From Bacillales bacterium UBA1709 (lineage in GTDB: Bacteria; Bacillota_I; Bacilli_A; RFN20; UBA1709), in contig DCJD01000010.1 of NCBI GenBank assembly GCA_002317215.1, positions 8,486-72,485 on the forward strand: DNA of 64,000 nt, given 5' to 3'. Positions within the stretch are counted from its first letter, which is position 1, and each line of letters starts with the position of its first letter. The notes under the pieces are model-generated. The model was given only the letters and a program-made list of their open reading frames with translations. It searched no databases and was not told the origin of the DNA. Positions 16,946 through 27,965 of this stretch are shown here, piece after piece. The position numbers and the translations under genes are program-made.

Positions 16946-17614
16946 ATGGGTCAAAAAGTTAGTCCAGTCGGAATGAGAGTTGGCATTAATAGAGAATGGG
17001 ATTCATCTTGGTATGCCTCTGATAAGAATTATGCAAAATTCTTAAATGAAGATATCGCTGTTAGAAAATATCTTGAAAAAGAATTAAAAGACGCAATTTT
17101 ATCTAGAACATTAATTAAAAGATCAAAAGCAAACGAAGTTGAAGTTGAAGTATTAGTTGTCAGAACTGGTGTTGTTATCGGTCAAGATGGTACTAGAGTA
17201 AATCAAATTTCTAAAGAGTTAAGCAAATTAACTCATGGTAGCAAAGTTAATTTCAAAGTTGTTGAAATTAAAAACCCAGATTTAGACGCAATTGTTGTTG
17301 CTAAATCTATCGCTGCTCAATTAGAAGCTCGTGCTTCTTTCAGAGCTGCACAAAAGAAAACTATTAAGAAAGTCATGAGTGCTGGAGCAAAAGGTATTAA
17401 AACTAGTGTTTCAGGAAGACTTGGTGGTGCTGATATTGCAAGAGCTGAAGGTTATGCTGAAGGAGTTACTCCATTACATACCTTAAGAAGTGATATTGAC
17501 TTCGCTACAGCTGAAGCTATGACTACATATGGAAAACTTGGAGTTAAAGTTTGGATCTGTAGAGGAGAAATCCTTCCAGAAAGAAAAGCTCCAGTTGAAG
17601 CGAAAGGAGAGTAA
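16946..17614 (+). CDS. rpsC: 30S ribosomal protein S3
   Basis: Conserved sequence. Confidence 0.95.
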   Translation: MGQKVSPVGMRVGINREWDSSWYASDKNYAKFLNEDIAVRKYLEKELKDAILSRTLIKRSKANEVEVEVLVVRTGVVIGQDGTRVNQISKELSKLTHGSKVNFKVVEIKNPDLDAIVVAKSIAAQLEARASFRAAQKKTIKKVMSAGAKGIKTSVSGRLGGADIARAEGYAEGVTPLHTLRSDIDFATAEAMTTYGKLGVKVWICRGEILPERKAPVEAKGE

Positions 17615-17620
17615 TTTACT

Positions 17621-18034
17621 ATGTTAATGCCAAAAAGAACAAAGTATAGAAGACCTCATCGCTTAAGTTATGAAGGTAAATCAAAAGGTGGTAATAAAGT
17701 AGACTTCGGTACTTGGGGTTTACAAGCATTAGAAGGTGCTTATATTACTGCAAACCAAATTGAAGCTGCTCGTATTTGTTTAAGTAGATACACAAAAAGA
17801 AACGGTCAAGTTTGGATTAGAATATTCCCACAACTATCAAAAACAAAGAAACCTCTAGAAGTCCGTATGGGTTCTGGTAAAGGTGCTCCAGATTGTTGGG
17901 TAGCAGTTGTTAAAACTGGTAGAGTAATGTTTGAAATCGCTGGTGTTAGTGATGAAGATTGCAGAGAAGCATTAAGATTAGCTGCTCAAAAATTACCTAT
18001 TAAATGTAAGATTATCGGTAGAGAGGAGGCTTAA
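17621..18034 (+). CDS. rplP: 50S ribosomal protein L16
   Basis: Conserved sequence. Confidence 0.95.
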   Translation: MLMPKRTKYRRPHRLSYEGKSKGGNKVDFGTWGLQALEGAYITANQIEAARICLSRYTKRNGQVWIRIFPQLSKTKKPLEVRMGSGKGAPDCWVAVVKTGRVMFEIAGVSDEDCREALRLAAQKLPIKCKIIGREEA

Positions 18035-18036
18035 GT

Positions 18037-18228
18037 ATGAAGGTTAGCGAAATTAGAGAACTAAAAACTGAAGAATTAGTTGCTAAAGTTAAAGCTTTAA
18101 AAGAAGAATTATTTGTGCTTAAGTTTCAACAAGCTACTGGTAAAGTAGAAGGTGCTACTAAAGCAAAACAAATCAGAAAAGATATCGCAAGATGTCTAAC
18201 AGTTATTGAAGAAAGAAAGGATAAGTAA
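18037..18228 (+). CDS. rpmC: 50S ribosomal protein L29
   Basis: Conserved sequence. Confidence 0.9.
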   Translation: MKVSEIRELKTEELVAKVKALKEELFVLKFQQATGKVEGATKAKQIRKDIARCLTVIEERKDK

Positions 18229-18497
18229 TGGTTATGGAAAGAAAAGCTCGTAGAACTCTAGTAGGTATTGTTACAAGTGATAAGATGACTAAAACCATCA
18301 CTGTCCAAGTCAATACTGAAAAGAAACATTCCTTATATGGAAAGAAAACTGTAGTTTCTAAAAAATATAAGGCACATGATGAAGAACAAATTGCCCATGT
18401 AGGTGATAAGGTTGAAATCATGGAATGCCGTCCATTAAGCGCTGACAAACACTTTAGATTAGTTAAGATCATCGCTAAAGCTGGACTTGTTGCATAG
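18228..18497 (+). CDS. rpsQ: 30S ribosomal protein S17
   Basis: Conserved sequence. TAATG overlap with rpmC. Confidence 0.9.
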   Translation: MVMERKARRTLVGIVTSDKMTKTITVQVNTEKKHSLYGKKTVVSKKYKAHDEEQIAHVGDKVEIMECRPLSADKHFRLVKIIAKAGLVA

Positions 18498-18509
18498 GAG
18501 GTAATATAT

Positions 18510-18884
18510 ATGGTACAAAGAGAATCCAATCTTGTAGTAGCAGATAACTCTGGTGCAAGAAGTGTAAGAATATTCAATATTAAAGGTGGAAGTTTTGTTA
18601 AGAGTGCTTCTATTGGTGATATTGTAAAATGTGCTGTCAAGGATGCTATTCCTGGTGGTACTGTTAAGAAAAGTGATGTAGTACTAGCTGTTATTGTTAG
18701 AACTAAGAAAGAAATCACTAGAAAAGATGGACAAAGAATTAGATTTGATGACAACGCTGTTGTTTTAATCAAAGATGACTTAACTCCAATTGGTACTCGT
18801 GTCTTTGGCCCTGTAGCAAGAGAGTTAAGAGAAAAAGGTGAAGGATTCATGAAGATTGTTTCCTTAGCACCTGAAGTTTTATAG
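18510..18884 (+). CDS. rplN: 50S ribosomal protein L14
   Basis: Conserved sequence. Confidence 0.95.
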   Translation: MVQRESNLVVADNSGARSVRIFNIKGGSFVKSASIGDIVKCAVKDAIPGGTVKKSDVVLAVIVRTKKEITRKDGQRIRFDDNAVVLIKDDLTPIGTRVFGPVARELREKGEGFMKIVSLAPEVL

Positions 18885-18895
18885 GAGGTATTATC

Positions 18896-19441
18896 ATGAA
18901 ATTAAGAAAAGGTGATACTGTTATCGTAATTAGTGGTGGTAACTCAAAAAGAAACAACGACAAAGGCAAAACAGGTGAAGTCTTAAGCGTTGACACTAAA
19001 ACTAATCAAGTTGTTGTACAAGGTATTAATGTTGTTGTAAAACACAAGAAACCAACTCAACAAGATACTGAAGGTAGCATTGTAACTAAAGAAGCTCCAA
19101 TTGATGCAAGTAACGTAGCTTACTACGATACTAAGACTAAAGAAAGAGTTAAGATTGGTTTCAAAACTATCAACGGTAAAAAAGTTAGAGTTAATAAGAA
19201 AACTGGTTTAGAACTTGGTAAGAAAGCTCCTAAGGCTGAAAAAGCTGCTCCAAAAGCAGAAGAAACTAAAGTTGAAGAAGTAAAACCAGTTGAAAAAGCA
19301 GCAGCTCCAAAAACTACTGCAGCAAAGACTACTGCAGCAAAATCAACTGCAACAAAGTCAACAGCTGCTAAGTCAACTGCAGCAAAATCAACAGCTGCTA
19401 AAAAGACTACAGCAGCAAAAGCAAAGGAGGAAGCAAAATAG
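18896..19441 (+). CDS. rplX: 50S ribosomal protein L24 with an Ala/Lys/Thr-rich C-terminal tail of about 75 aa
   Basis: L24 KOW core, then the repetitive tail AAKSTAAKSTAAK... Confidence 0.9.
   Translation: MKLRKGDTVIVISGGNSKRNNDKGKTGEVLSVDTKTNQVVVQGINVVVKHKKPTQQDTEGSIVTKEAPIDASNVAYYDTKTKERVKIGFKTINGKKVRVNKKTGLELGKKAPKAEKAAPKAEETKVEEVKPVEKAAAPKTTAAKTTAAKSTATKSTAAKSTAAKSTAAKKTTAAKAKEEAK
19306..19420 (+). repeat. imperfect 15-nt tandem repeats (actgcagcaaa[a/g][a/t]c) encoding AAK(S/T)T units inside rplX
   Basis: Direct reading of the DNA and of the encoded peptide. Confidence 0.6.
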
Positions 19442-19444
19442 TTT

Positions 19445-19984
19445 ATGAATAGATTACTTGAAAAATATAAAACAGAAGTTGCTCCTGCTTTAAATAAACA
19501 ATTTAAATACAAATCAGTAATGCAAACACCAAAACTAGTTAAAGTTGTTATTAACATGGGTGTTGGTGATGCAACAGGTAATGCAAAATTCTTAGAAGAT
19601 GCTGTCAAAGAATTAACTCAAATTTCTGGACAAAAGCCATTAATTACTAAAGCTAAGAAATCTATTGCTACTTTCAAATTAAGACAAGGAATGGAAATCG
19701 GTGCTAAGGTTACATTAAGAGGCGAAAGAATGTATGAATTCTTAGATAAGCTATTCAATATTACTTTACCACGTGTAAGAGACTTTAGAGGAGTTTCTAA
19801 AACAGCATTTGATGGTAGAGGTGGATACACTTTAGGTATCAAAGAACAAATTATCTTCCCTGAAATTAATTACGAACAAGTAAATAGAGTCAGAGGTATG
19901 GATATTTGTATCGTTTCAACAGCTAATAACGATGAGCAAGCAAAAGCCTTATTAGAAGGTTTAGGCATGCCATTCGCTAAGTAG
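19445..19984 (+). CDS. rplE: 50S ribosomal protein L5
   Basis: Conserved sequence. Confidence 0.95.
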   Translation: MNRLLEKYKTEVAPALNKQFKYKSVMQTPKLVKVVINMGVGDATGNAKFLEDAVKELTQISGQKPLITKAKKSIATFKLRQGMEIGAKVTLRGERMYEFLDKLFNITLPRVRDFRGVSKTAFDGRGGYTLGIKEQIIFPEINYEQVNRVRGMDICIVSTANNDEQAKALLEGLGMPFAK

Positions 19985-19995
19985 GAGGTTAAATT

Positions 19996-20181
19996 ATGGC
20001 AAAAACAAGTCTTAAAATTAAATGTAGCAGACCTAAAAAATATGCTGTAAGAGAATATACCAGATGCGAAAGATGTGGTAGACCTCATGCTGTATTATCA
20101 AAATTCCACTTATGCAGAATCTGCTTAAGAGAACTTGCTTATAAAGGTCAAGTTCCTGGAATGAAGAAATCAAGTTGGTAA
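19996..20181 (+). CDS. rpsZ: 30S ribosomal protein S14 type Z (zinc-binding)
   Basis: 61 aa with a CxxC...CxxC motif. Confidence 0.9.
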   Translation: MAKTSLKIKCSRPKKYAVREYTRCERCGRPHAVLSKFHLCRICLRELAYKGQVPGMKKSSW

Positions 20182-20199
20182 GGAAAGGAGATTTAAACT

Positions 20200-20592
20200 A
20201 TGGTTATGACTGATCCAATTGCGGATATGTTAACAAGAATTCGTAACGCAAACGCAATCAAAAATGCCACTGCAACAATTCCATCTTCAAAATTAAAATT
20301 AGAGATTGCTCGTATTTTAAAAGAAGAAGGATATATCAGTGATTTCGTCGTAGAAGGCGAAGAGAAGAAAAATATCGTTGTAACATTAAAGTATGTTAAT
20401 AACGAAAGAGCTATAACTGGTTTAAAGAGAATTTCTAAACCAGGATTAAGAGTTTATGTTGAAGCAAGCAATATGCCAAAGGTCTTAAACGGTCTTGGTA
20501 TCGCTATTGTCTCAACTAATAAAGGACTAGTAACTGACAGACAAGCAAGAGCTTTAAAAGTTGGTGGAGAAGTTCTAGCATTCGTTTGGTAG
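20200..20592 (+). CDS. rpsH: 30S ribosomal protein S8
   Basis: Conserved sequence. Confidence 0.95.
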   Translation: MVMTDPIADMLTRIRNANAIKNATATIPSSKLKLEIARILKEEGYISDFVVEGEEKKNIVVTLKYVNNERAITGLKRISKPGLRVYVEASNMPKVLNGLGIAIVSTNKGLVTDRQARALKVGGEVLAFVW

Positions 20593-20603
20593 GAGGGTAA
20601 ATT

Positions 20604-21149
20604 ATGTCAAGAATTGGTAGATTACCTGTAAACTTACCAGATGGTGTAAGTGCCGTTATTGATAATAACGTTCTAACTGTTAAATCAAATAAAGGCTCAT
20701 TAACTTTAGATATTCCAAGTGTTATTAAGGTTAATGTAAATGAAAAAGTAATTAATGTTGAAAGACTTAATGAAGAAAAACATACAAGACAACTTCATGG
20801 TACAACTAGAGCAAACATCCACAACATGGTTGTTGGTGTAAGTGATGGTTTCAAAAAAGAATTAATCATGAAGGGTACTGGTTACAAAGCAGAACTTGCT
20901 GGTAAAAAGTTAATTATGTATGTTGGTTATTCTCACCCAATCAATATGGATATTCCAGAAGGAATTAAAGTTGAAGTTGGCGGAAATAACAATACTAGTG
21001 TTACTGTATCAGGAATTAATAAACAAGTTGTTGGACAATTTAGTGCATTAATTAGAGGTACAAGACTTCCAGAACCATATAAGGGTAAAGGAGTTATGTA
21101 TACTACTGAACACGTAAGACGTAAAGAAGGCAAAAAGGCCGGTAAATAG
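20604..21149 (+). CDS. rplF: 50S ribosomal protein L6
   Basis: Conserved sequence. Confidence 0.95.
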   Translation: MSRIGRLPVNLPDGVSAVIDNNVLTVKSNKGSLTLDIPSVIKVNVNEKVINVERLNEEKHTRQLHGTTRANIHNMVVGVSDGFKKELIMKGTGYKAELAGKKLIMYVGYSHPINMDIPEGIKVEVGGNNNTSVTVSGINKQVVGQFSALIRGTRLPEPYKGKGVMYTTEHVRRKEGKKAGK

Positions 21150-21163
21150 GAAAGGAGATTAAT

Positions 21164-21520
21164 ATGATTAAGTTAATAGATAAAAATGCTATAAGAGTAC
21201 ATCGTCATAAACGTATTAGAAATTATATTTCTGGTACAACATCTCGTCCACGTTTATGTGTCTTTAGATCAAATAAACATATTAGTTGTCAAGTAATTGA
21301 TGATACTAAGGGTGTTACATTAGCAAGTGCAAGTAGTGTTGCATTAAAATTAGTAAATGGCGGTAACGTCGAAGCTGCAAAGCAAGTTGGTACTGCAATT
21401 GCAGAAGCTTGCAAAGCAAAGAAAATCAAAGAAGTTGTCTTTGATAGAAGTGGTTACTTATACCATGGTAGAGTTCAAGCTTTAGCAGATGCTGCTAGAG
21501 AAGCTGGATTAAAGTTCTAG
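21164..21520 (+). CDS. rplR: 50S ribosomal protein L18
   Basis: Conserved sequence. Confidence 0.95.
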   Translation: MIKLIDKNAIRVHRHKRIRNYISGTTSRPRLCVFRSNKHISCQVIDDTKGVTLASASSVALKLVNGGNVEAAKQVGTAIAEACKAKKIKEVVFDRSGYLYHGRVQALADAAREAGLKF

Positions 21521-21530
21521 GAGGTTAGTT

Positions 21531-22151
21531 ATGGCAAACGAAGAAATCAAAGAAGTAGTTGAAACTGCTGAAAAAGTTGAAAAGAAACCTTTCCATAAAG
21601 ACGCTCCAAAGGGCGAATTCAAAGGTAAAAAGCCTCCTTTCAAAAAGGATGGTAGAAGACCAGACAAAAAAGATGACAGATTTAGTGATAAGGTAATATA
21701 TATTAATAGCGTTTCTAAAACTGTAAAAGGTGGACGTAGAAGAAAATTCGCAGCCTTAGTTGCAGTTGGTGATAAGAGAGGTAACATCGGTTTTGCTCAA
21801 GGTAAGGCTGTTGAAGTACCAGATGCTATTAAGAAAGCAACCGAAGCAGCAAGAAAGAATATTATCCATGTATCAATTAGCCGTGGTGATACTATTCAAC
21901 ATGAAGTTATTGGTGAATTTGGTGCATGTAGAGTATTCTTAAAACCAGCCCCAGTTGGTACTGGAGTTATTGCTGGAGGTCCAGTTAGAGATATCTTAGA
22001 ATTAGCTGGTATTAAAAACATCTATTCTAAAATCTATGGATCAAGAACTGCTATCAACGTTGTAAGAGCAACAGTTGATGGTTTATTAAAAGTAAAATCA
22101 GTTGGTAAAGTTTGTGCTATTAGAGGCAAACAACCAAAGGATATTCTATAG
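21531..22151 (+). CDS. rpsE: 30S ribosomal protein S5 with a K/E-rich N-terminal extension of about 45 aa
   Basis: S5 core from about residue 50. The N-terminus is MANEEIKEVVETAEKVEKKPFHKDAPKGEFKGKKPPFKKDGRRPDKKD. Confidence 0.9.
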   Translation: MANEEIKEVVETAEKVEKKPFHKDAPKGEFKGKKPPFKKDGRRPDKKDDRFSDKVIYINSVSKTVKGGRRRKFAALVAVGDKRGNIGFAQGKAVEVPDAIKKATEAARKNIIHVSISRGDTIQHEVIGEFGACRVFLKPAPVGTGVIAGGPVRDILELAGIKNIYSKIYGSRTAINVVRATVDGLLKVKSVGKVCAIRGKQPKDIL

Positions 22152-22168
22152 TAAGGAGGTATTAGATT

Positions 22169-22612
22169 ATGGATTTACATACTCTTACTTATAACGAAGG
22201 TGCTAAGAAAACCTATACTAGAAGATGTAGAGGTTTAGGTAGCGGCCTTGGTAAAAATGGTGGCTCTGGTAATAAGGGTCAAAAATCTAGAAGTGGCGGT
22301 GGCACTAGACCTGGATTTGAAGGTGGTCAAAACCCAATCTATAGAAGAGTTTCTAAGAGAGGATTCACAAACACTGAAAAGACTGTTTATGCAACTGTTA
22401 GCCTAGAAAAATTAGAAAAAGTATTTGAAGATGGTGCAAGCGTTTGCCCTGTCTGTTTAAAAGAAAAGGGGTTAATTAAAAATAAATTCGATGGCGTTAA
22501 AATCTTAGCTGGTGGAAAATTAACTAAGAAATTATCTGTTAAAGCTCATGCATTTAGTGCAGCAGCTAAAGAAGCTATCGAAGCTTGTGGTGGAACTTGC
22601 GAGGTGATCTAA
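22169..22612 (+). CDS. rplO: 50S ribosomal protein L15
   Basis: Conserved sequence. It directly follows rpsE, with no rpmD (L30) between them. Confidence 0.95.
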   Translation: MDLHTLTYNEGAKKTYTRRCRGLGSGLGKNGGSGNKGQKSRSGGGTRPGFEGGQNPIYRRVSKRGFTNTEKTVYATVSLEKLEKVFEDGASVCPVCLKEKGLIKNKFDGVKILAGGKLTKKLSVKAHAFSAAAKEAIEACGGTCEVI

Positions 22613-22613
22613 T

Positions 22614-23930
22614 ATGTTCAAAAAGATCCAATCAATAGTTCAAAACCGTGAGGTTTTTAACCGATTCATCTTTACTTTAGTTGTCTTGTTTGTATTTAAG
22701 ATTGGATCTTCCATTACTGTCCCACGTGTTGATATTCAAGATATCAATTATGGAACTGGTGGTGGAATATTCGAACTTATGAATATGTTTGGTGGAGGCG
22801 CTTTAAGTAAATTTAGTATATTTGCTTTAGGTGTTTCTCCATACATCACTGCTGAAATTGTTATTCAATTATTAGCAAAGGGAGTTCTTCCAAAATTAGA
22901 AGAACTTTCTAAACAAGGACAAGAAGGTAAAAAGAAACTTGATAAAGCAACTCGTGCTTTAACTCTTCTTTTATCAGTAGTACAAGCTTATGGTATTATT
23001 GTTACCATGGAGCAAAACTACCAATTAAAGAGTGTTAGTGGAGCTGCTTTTGGAACAATGGATTATATTTACTTAGTAACAATTATTACTAGTGGTACAT
23101 TCTTATTAATGTGGATGGGTGATCAAATCACATCTAAAGGTATTGGAAACGGTCTTTCTATGATTATCTTTGCAGGTATTATTATGGAAATGCCATACCA
23201 AATTGAAACAGCATATAAATCATTTGTTGCTGCAGGCGCAAGTGGTGTAAACGTATTCAATGGTATTATTAACTTTACTATTTATTTGATTATGTATATT
23301 GCATTAATTATATTTGTAACATTTATGGAAAAATCTATCCGTAAAGTTCCAATGCAATATGCTAGCAGTAATGCTAATGCTAGAACAAGAGATATCTCCT
23401 TCTTACCTATTAAGGTAAATAGTGCTGGAGTTATTCCTGTTATCTTTGCATCAAGTATCTTAACTGCCCCATCAATTATTATGTCATTTGCTGGTGTTCC
23501 AACTGATAATGCTGCTTATAAAGTATTCTCAATTGGTACTAAAGCTAATGATGGAATTCCTTGGGGAACTATTATTTATATTGCTCTAATATTTATCTTT
23601 GCTTATTTCTATACTTTACTACAAATGGATCCAGATGAAATGAGTGAAAACTTCCAAAAATCTGGAGCATATATTCCTGGTGTAAGACCTGGTAAAGAAA
23701 CAAGCAAATACATTAAAAAGATTCTTGTTAGAGTCACATTAATTGGAGCTTTCTTCTTAGTATTCCTAGTTGGAGTTCCAATGTTCTTAACTTCAGTATT
23801 ATCCTTAAATAGCTCAATTGCATTTGGTGGTACTGGATTAATCATCGTTTCTGGTGTTGCTATTGAAATTGCAACTCAAACTGATGGTTTACTTGCTGGA
23901 AAAGAATATAACGGCTTTGTTGGTGAATAA
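22614..23930 (+). CDS. secY: preprotein translocase subunit SecY
   Basis: Ten-TM SecY sequence and operon position. Confidence 0.95.
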   Translation: MFKKIQSIVQNREVFNRFIFTLVVLFVFKIGSSITVPRVDIQDINYGTGGGIFELMNMFGGGALSKFSIFALGVSPYITAEIVIQLLAKGVLPKLEELSKQGQEGKKKLDKATRALTLLLSVVQAYGIIVTMEQNYQLKSVSGAAFGTMDYIYLVTIITSGTFLLMWMGDQITSKGIGNGLSMIIFAGIIMEMPYQIETAYKSFVAAGASGVNVFNGIINFTIYLIMYIALIIFVTFMEKSIRKVPMQYASSNANARTRDISFLPIKVNSAGVIPVIFASSILTAPSIIMSFAGVPTDNAAYKVFSIGTKANDGIPWGTIIYIALIFIFAYFYTLLQMDPDEMSENFQKSGAYIPGVRPGKETSKYIKKILVRVTLIGAFFLVFLVGVPMFLTSVLSLNSSIAFGGTGLIIVSGVAIEIATQTDGLLAGKEYNGFVGE

Positions 23931-24571
23931 TGAATATTGTATTCTTAGGTGCTCCTGGTAGTGGAAAGGGAACACAATCAAAGAAAATCGAAGATTTCTT
24001 TAAGATTGTACATATTTCAACAGGTGATATCTTTAGACAAGCAATTAAAGATTCTACCTCTGCCGGTGTATTAGCAAAATCCTTTATTGATAAAGGATGT
24101 CTTGTTCCAGATGAAGTAACAATTAAAATTGTTGAAGAAAGAATTGAAAAGGATGACTGTAAAAAGGGATTTATCTTTGATGGATTCCCTCGTACAGTTC
24201 CTCAAGCAATTAGTTATGATTCACTTCATAACAATGATTCTTTCAAAATAGATAAAGTAATCTATTTAAAAGTAGATGAAGAAAAATTATTAGATCGTAT
24301 TGTCAATCGTAGAGTATGTCCTAAATGTGGTGCTAGTTATCATATGGTCATAAAACCTAGTAAAGTGGAAGGTATTTGTGATTTATGTGGACATGAACTT
24401 GAAACAAGAAAAGATGACAATCCAGAATCAATGAAAGTTAGACTTGAAGAATATAAAAAACTAACAAGTCCTTTAATTGATTATTATTCTAAGATTAATA
24501 AACTTGTAACAATTGACGCAATGAATGATATTGAAAAAGTTTATGAATCTATTCTAGAGGCTTTAAAGTAA
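23930..24571 (+). CDS. adk: adenylate kinase (zinc-lid type)
   Basis: [11 protein letters not shown]-loop. Lid motifs CPKCG...CDLCG. Confidence 0.95.
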   Translation: MNIVFLGAPGSGKGTQSKKIEDFFKIVHISTGDIFRQAIKDSTSAGVLAKSFIDKGCLVPDEVTIKIVEERIEKDDCKKGFIFDGFPRTVPQAISYDSLHNNDSFKIDKVIYLKVDEEKLLDRIVNRRVCPKCGASYHMVIKPSKVEGICDLCGHELETRKDDNPESMKVRLEEYKKLTSPLIDYYSKINKLVTIDAMNDIEKVYESILEALK

Positions 24572-25320
24572 TGATTAGTTTAAAGACTAAAGATGAATTA
24601 GAAAAATTAAGAGTAGCAGGTCATATTGTTGCTCTAACTCATCAGGAACTAAAGAAACATTTAGTTCCTGGTGTATCCACTTATGAATTAGACCAAATTG
24701 CTGATAAGTTTATTAGAAGCCAAAATGCTACACCTTCTTTTAAAGGTTTATATGGTTTTCCAGGAACAATTTGTATATCAATAAATAACGAATTAATTCA
24801 TGGTATACCATCTAAAGATCGTATCCTAAAAGATGGCGATATTATTACTTTAGATATTGGAGCATGCTATAAAGGCTATCATGGTGATAGCGCTTGGACA
24901 TACCCAGTTGGTAAAATTAGTGATGATGTTGCTTTATTATTAAAGGTTACAGAACAATCTTTATATGAAGGATTAAAGAAAGCAAAAGCTGGTAATAGAC
25001 TTGGTGATGTTGGACATGCAATTCAAAGCTATGCAGAATCATTTGGATATTCCGTTGTAAGAGAATATACGGGGCATGGAGTTGGAAAAGCAGTTCATGA
25101 AGATCCTTTTGTTCCAAATTATGGATTAGAAGGACATGGTGTAAAATTACTAAGCAATATGGTTATAGCAATTGAACCAATGATTAATCAAGGAAGTAAA
25201 GAAGTATATACTTTAGATAATAATTGGACAGTTGTTACAAAGGACGGAAAAATGTGTGCTCACTATGAACATACAATCGCAATCACCGATGGTGAATGTG
25301 AGATATTTACAAAGCTATAA
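24571..25320 (+). CDS. map: methionine aminopeptidase type I
   Basis: Conserved metal-binding residues and operon position. Confidence 0.9.
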   Translation: MISLKTKDELEKLRVAGHIVALTHQELKKHLVPGVSTYELDQIADKFIRSQNATPSFKGLYGFPGTICISINNELIHGIPSKDRILKDGDIITLDIGACYKGYHGDSAWTYPVGKISDDVALLLKVTEQSLYEGLKKAKAGNRLGDVGHAIQSYAESFGYSVVREYTGHGVGKAVHEDPFVPNYGLEGHGVKLLSNMVIAIEPMINQGSKEVYTLDNNWTVVTKDGKMCAHYEHTIAITDGECEIFTKL

Positions 25321-25332
25321 GGAGAAAAATTA

Positions 25333-25569
25333 ATGGCAAAACAAGATGTTATAACAATCGATGGAACTGTCTTGGATTCTCTTCCAAATACTATGTTTAA
25401 GGTCCGTCTTGATAATGGTGTAGAGCTTATTGCCCACATTTCTGGTAAAATCCGTATGAATTACATTCGCATTTTACCAGGCGATAGAGTCTCTGTAGAA
25501 ATTTCACCATATGATTTAACATGTGGGCGTATTACTTACCGTTTAAAAGATAACGGTATTCAAAAATAA
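25333..25569 (+). CDS. infA: translation initiation factor IF-1
   Basis: S1-like IF-1 sequence. Confidence 0.9.
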   Translation: MAKQDVITIDGTVLDSLPNTMFKVRLDNGVELIAHISGKIRMNYIRILPGDRVSVEISPYDLTCGRITYRLKDNGIQK

Positions 25570-25589
25570 CTTTAAGGAGGAAATAATTT

Positions 25590-25703
25590 ATGAAAGTTAG
25601 ACCTTCAGTTAAACCAATTTGCGATAAGTGTAGAGTTATTCGTAGAAAAGGCCGTGTTATGGTTATCTGCGAAAACCCAAAACATAAGCAAAGACAAGGT
25701 TAG
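25590..25703 (+). CDS. rpmJ: 50S ribosomal protein L36 ([37 protein letters not shown]); not in the ORF track
   Basis: Hand-translated 37-aa ORF with a GGAGG RBS. Canonical L36 sequence. Confidence 0.9.
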   Translation: MKVRPSVKPICDKCRVIRRKGRVMVICENPKHKQRQG

Positions 25704-25718
25704 TAAGGAGGAAAAGGT

Positions 25719-26093
25719 ATGGCACGTATTTCAGGTGTTGATATTCCAAATGACAAGCAAGTTAAATATTCTTTAACTTATATCTACGGTATTGGTGAAC
25801 CAACTGCTAGTAAAGTTTTAGCTGCTTGTAAAATTGATGAACAAAAGAGAGTTAAAGATCTAAGTGAAGAAGAATTAACTAAGATCAGAAATGAAATCGC
25901 TAAATATAAAACAGAAGGCGATGCAAGAAGAGAAGTTGCTTTAAATATTAAGAGACTTCAAGAAATTGGCAGTTACAGAGGTAAAAGACATAAACAATCT
26001 TTACCATGTCGTGGTCAAAGAACTAAGACTAATGCAAGAACTTGCAAAGGTCCTAGAAAGACAATTGCTAATAAGAAAGTTGCTACTAAGTAG
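25719..26093 (+). CDS. rpsM: 30S ribosomal protein S13
   Basis: Conserved sequence. Confidence 0.95.
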   Translation: MARISGVDIPNDKQVKYSLTYIYGIGEPTASKVLAACKIDEQKRVKDLSEEELTKIRNEIAKYKTEGDARREVALNIKRLQEIGSYRGKRHKQSLPCRGQRTKTNARTCKGPRKTIANKKVATK

Positions 26094-26107
26094 AAAGGAG
26101 AATAAAT

Positions 26108-26494
26108 ATGGCTACAACAGTTACTCGTAAAAAGAAAGCTAAAAAAGTTGTCGTTAAGGGAGTTGCACATATTCATTCAACTTTCAATAACACAATCGTA
26201 ACTATCACAGATGAACAAGGTCATGCAGTTTGCTGGGCAAGTGCTGGTGGTCTTGGATTCAAAGGTAGTAAAAAATCAACTCCATTTGCTGCACAACAAG
26301 CAAGTGAAGCTGCTGCAAAAGCTGCTTTAGATTTCGGAATGAAGGTTGTTGACGTTAACGTCAAAGGACCAGGTCCTGGTAGAGAAGCAGCTGTTAGAAG
26401 TTTGCAAACTGCTGGATTAACAATTCAATCTATTGTTGATGTTACTCCAATTCCACATAATGGATGCCGTCCTCCAAAGAAACCAAGAGGATAA
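26108..26494 (+). CDS. rpsK: 30S ribosomal protein S11
   Basis: Conserved sequence. Confidence 0.95.
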   Translation: MATTVTRKKKAKKVVVKGVAHIHSTFNNTIVTITDEQGHAVCWASAGGLGFKGSKKSTPFAAQQASEAAAKAALDFGMKVVDVNVKGPGPGREAAVRSLQTAGLTIQSIVDVTPIPHNGCRPPKKPRG

Positions 26495-26546
26495 TTCATT
26501 ATTAATGTTTAAAAACAAATTTTCAAAATAGTAGGAGGCAAACTGA

Positions 26547-27503
26547 ATGAAAAAATTTGAACAACCAAAATATAAAATTGTTGAATTAAAAGATGAAGAA
26601 AACTATGGTAAGTTCGTTATTGAACCTTTAGAAAGAGGTTTTGGAACCACTATTGGAAATGCTTTAAGAAGAGTATTATTATCATCTTTACCTGGCGCTT
26701 CCGTTTATTCTGTCGCTATTACTGGAGCTCGTCATGAGTTCTCAGCACTCGATGGAGTCGAAGAAGATATTACATCAATCATACTAAATCTTAAAGATTT
26801 AGTATTAACAATTGATGATGCAGAGAATGTTACTAAAGATTTACATATTGATGTTATTGGTCCTTGTGAAATCACAGGTGCTGACATTGAATGCCCTCTT
26901 GGTGTTGATGTTGTAAACAAAGATTTACATATTGCAACACTTGCTAAAGGTGGCAAATTCAATGCAACATTACATGCTAAAAATTCTAGAGGTTATGTAA
27001 CTAGTGAAAACAACTCAGTATTAGAAGATACTGGTGAAGCTAGTGTTATTTATACTGATAGTAAATATTCTCCTGTTACAAAAGTTGCATATACAATTGA
27101 CTCAACTCGTGTTGGCCAAGATGCATCTTATGATAAATTAACTGTTGAGATTTGGACTAATGGTGGTTTAAAACCTCAAGAAGCTATTGCTTTAGCAGCC
27201 CATATCTTAGTTGCTCACTTACAACCAATTGAAGCATTAGAAACTCAAGTAGTTGAAGTTGAAGTAATGAAAGAAACTGTTGAAGAAAATGTCAATGAAT
27301 GGTTAAATAGACCAATTGAGGATTTAGCACTATCAGCTAGAGCTTATAACGGTTTAAAGAGAGCTAACTTTGCTTTAATCTCTGATATCTGTGCTGTTAC
27401 AGAAGAAGATTTAAATAAAGTTAGAAATCTTGGAAAGAAATCCACTTTAGAAATTAAGAATGCTTTATTAGATAAGAAACTTAATTTCAAAAACTACGAA
27501 TAA
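26547..27503 (+). CDS. rpoA: DNA-directed RNA polymerase subunit alpha
   Basis: Conserved sequence and operon position. Confidence 0.95.
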   Translation: MKKFEQPKYKIVELKDEENYGKFVIEPLERGFGTTIGNALRRVLLSSLPGASVYSVAITGARHEFSALDGVEEDITSIILNLKDLVLTIDDAENVTKDLHIDVIGPCEITGADIECPLGVDVVNKDLHIATLAKGGKFNATLHAKNSRGYVTSENNSVLEDTGEASVIYTDSKYSPVTKVAYTIDSTRVGQDASYDKLTVEIWTNGGLKPQEAIALAAHILVAHLQPIEALETQVVEVEVMKETVEENVNEWLNRPIEDLALSARAYNGLKRANFALISDICAVTEEDLNKVRNLGKKSTLEIKNALLDKKLNFKNYE

Positions 27504-27515
27504 GGAGGAACTATA

Positions 27516-27911
27516 ATGTCACGTAAAAATATGCATGGTAAAGTTGGCGTAAAATTTAAAGCACCATTTACTGCAAGTAAAGAAAAGAATATGATGCGTA
27601 ACTTAACTAGCGAACTTATCAAATTTGGTGAAATCAAAGTTACTGAACATGTTGCACATGAATTAAAGAAAACTGCTGATCATATGATTACTTTAGCTAA
27701 AAAGAACACTTTAGCAGCTCGTAGACAAGCAGCTAGATATGTTCGTGATATCACAGTTGATAGCGAAGGCAAAGTTACAGCACTTCAAAAATTATTTAAT
27801 GAATTAGGACCACGTTTTGCTAATAGAAATGGTGGTTACACTAGATCATTAAAGTTAGTTAACAGACAAGGAGATAATTCTCCAATGTGTCTAGTTAAAT
27901 TTGTAGACTAA
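27516..27911 (+). CDS. rplQ: 50S ribosomal protein L17
   Basis: Conserved sequence. Confidence 0.95.
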   Translation: MSRKNMHGKVGVKFKAPFTASKEKNMMRNLTSELIKFGEIKVTEHVAHELKKTADHMITLAKKNTLAARRQAARYVRDITVDSEGKVTALQKLFNELGPRFANRNGGYTRSLKLVNRQGDNSPMCLVKFVD

Positions 27912-27920
27912 TTATTTTAA

Positions 27921-27958
27921 TAGGCAGGCAGTAATTCTGCCTGCCTTTATCTTTTTAT
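27921..27958 (+). terminator. rho-independent terminator (aggcaggcag-taattc-tgcctgcct plus T-run) after rplQ
   Basis: GC-rich inverted repeat plus TTTATCTTTTTAT. Confidence 0.7.
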
Positions 27959-27965
27959 AAAAATC

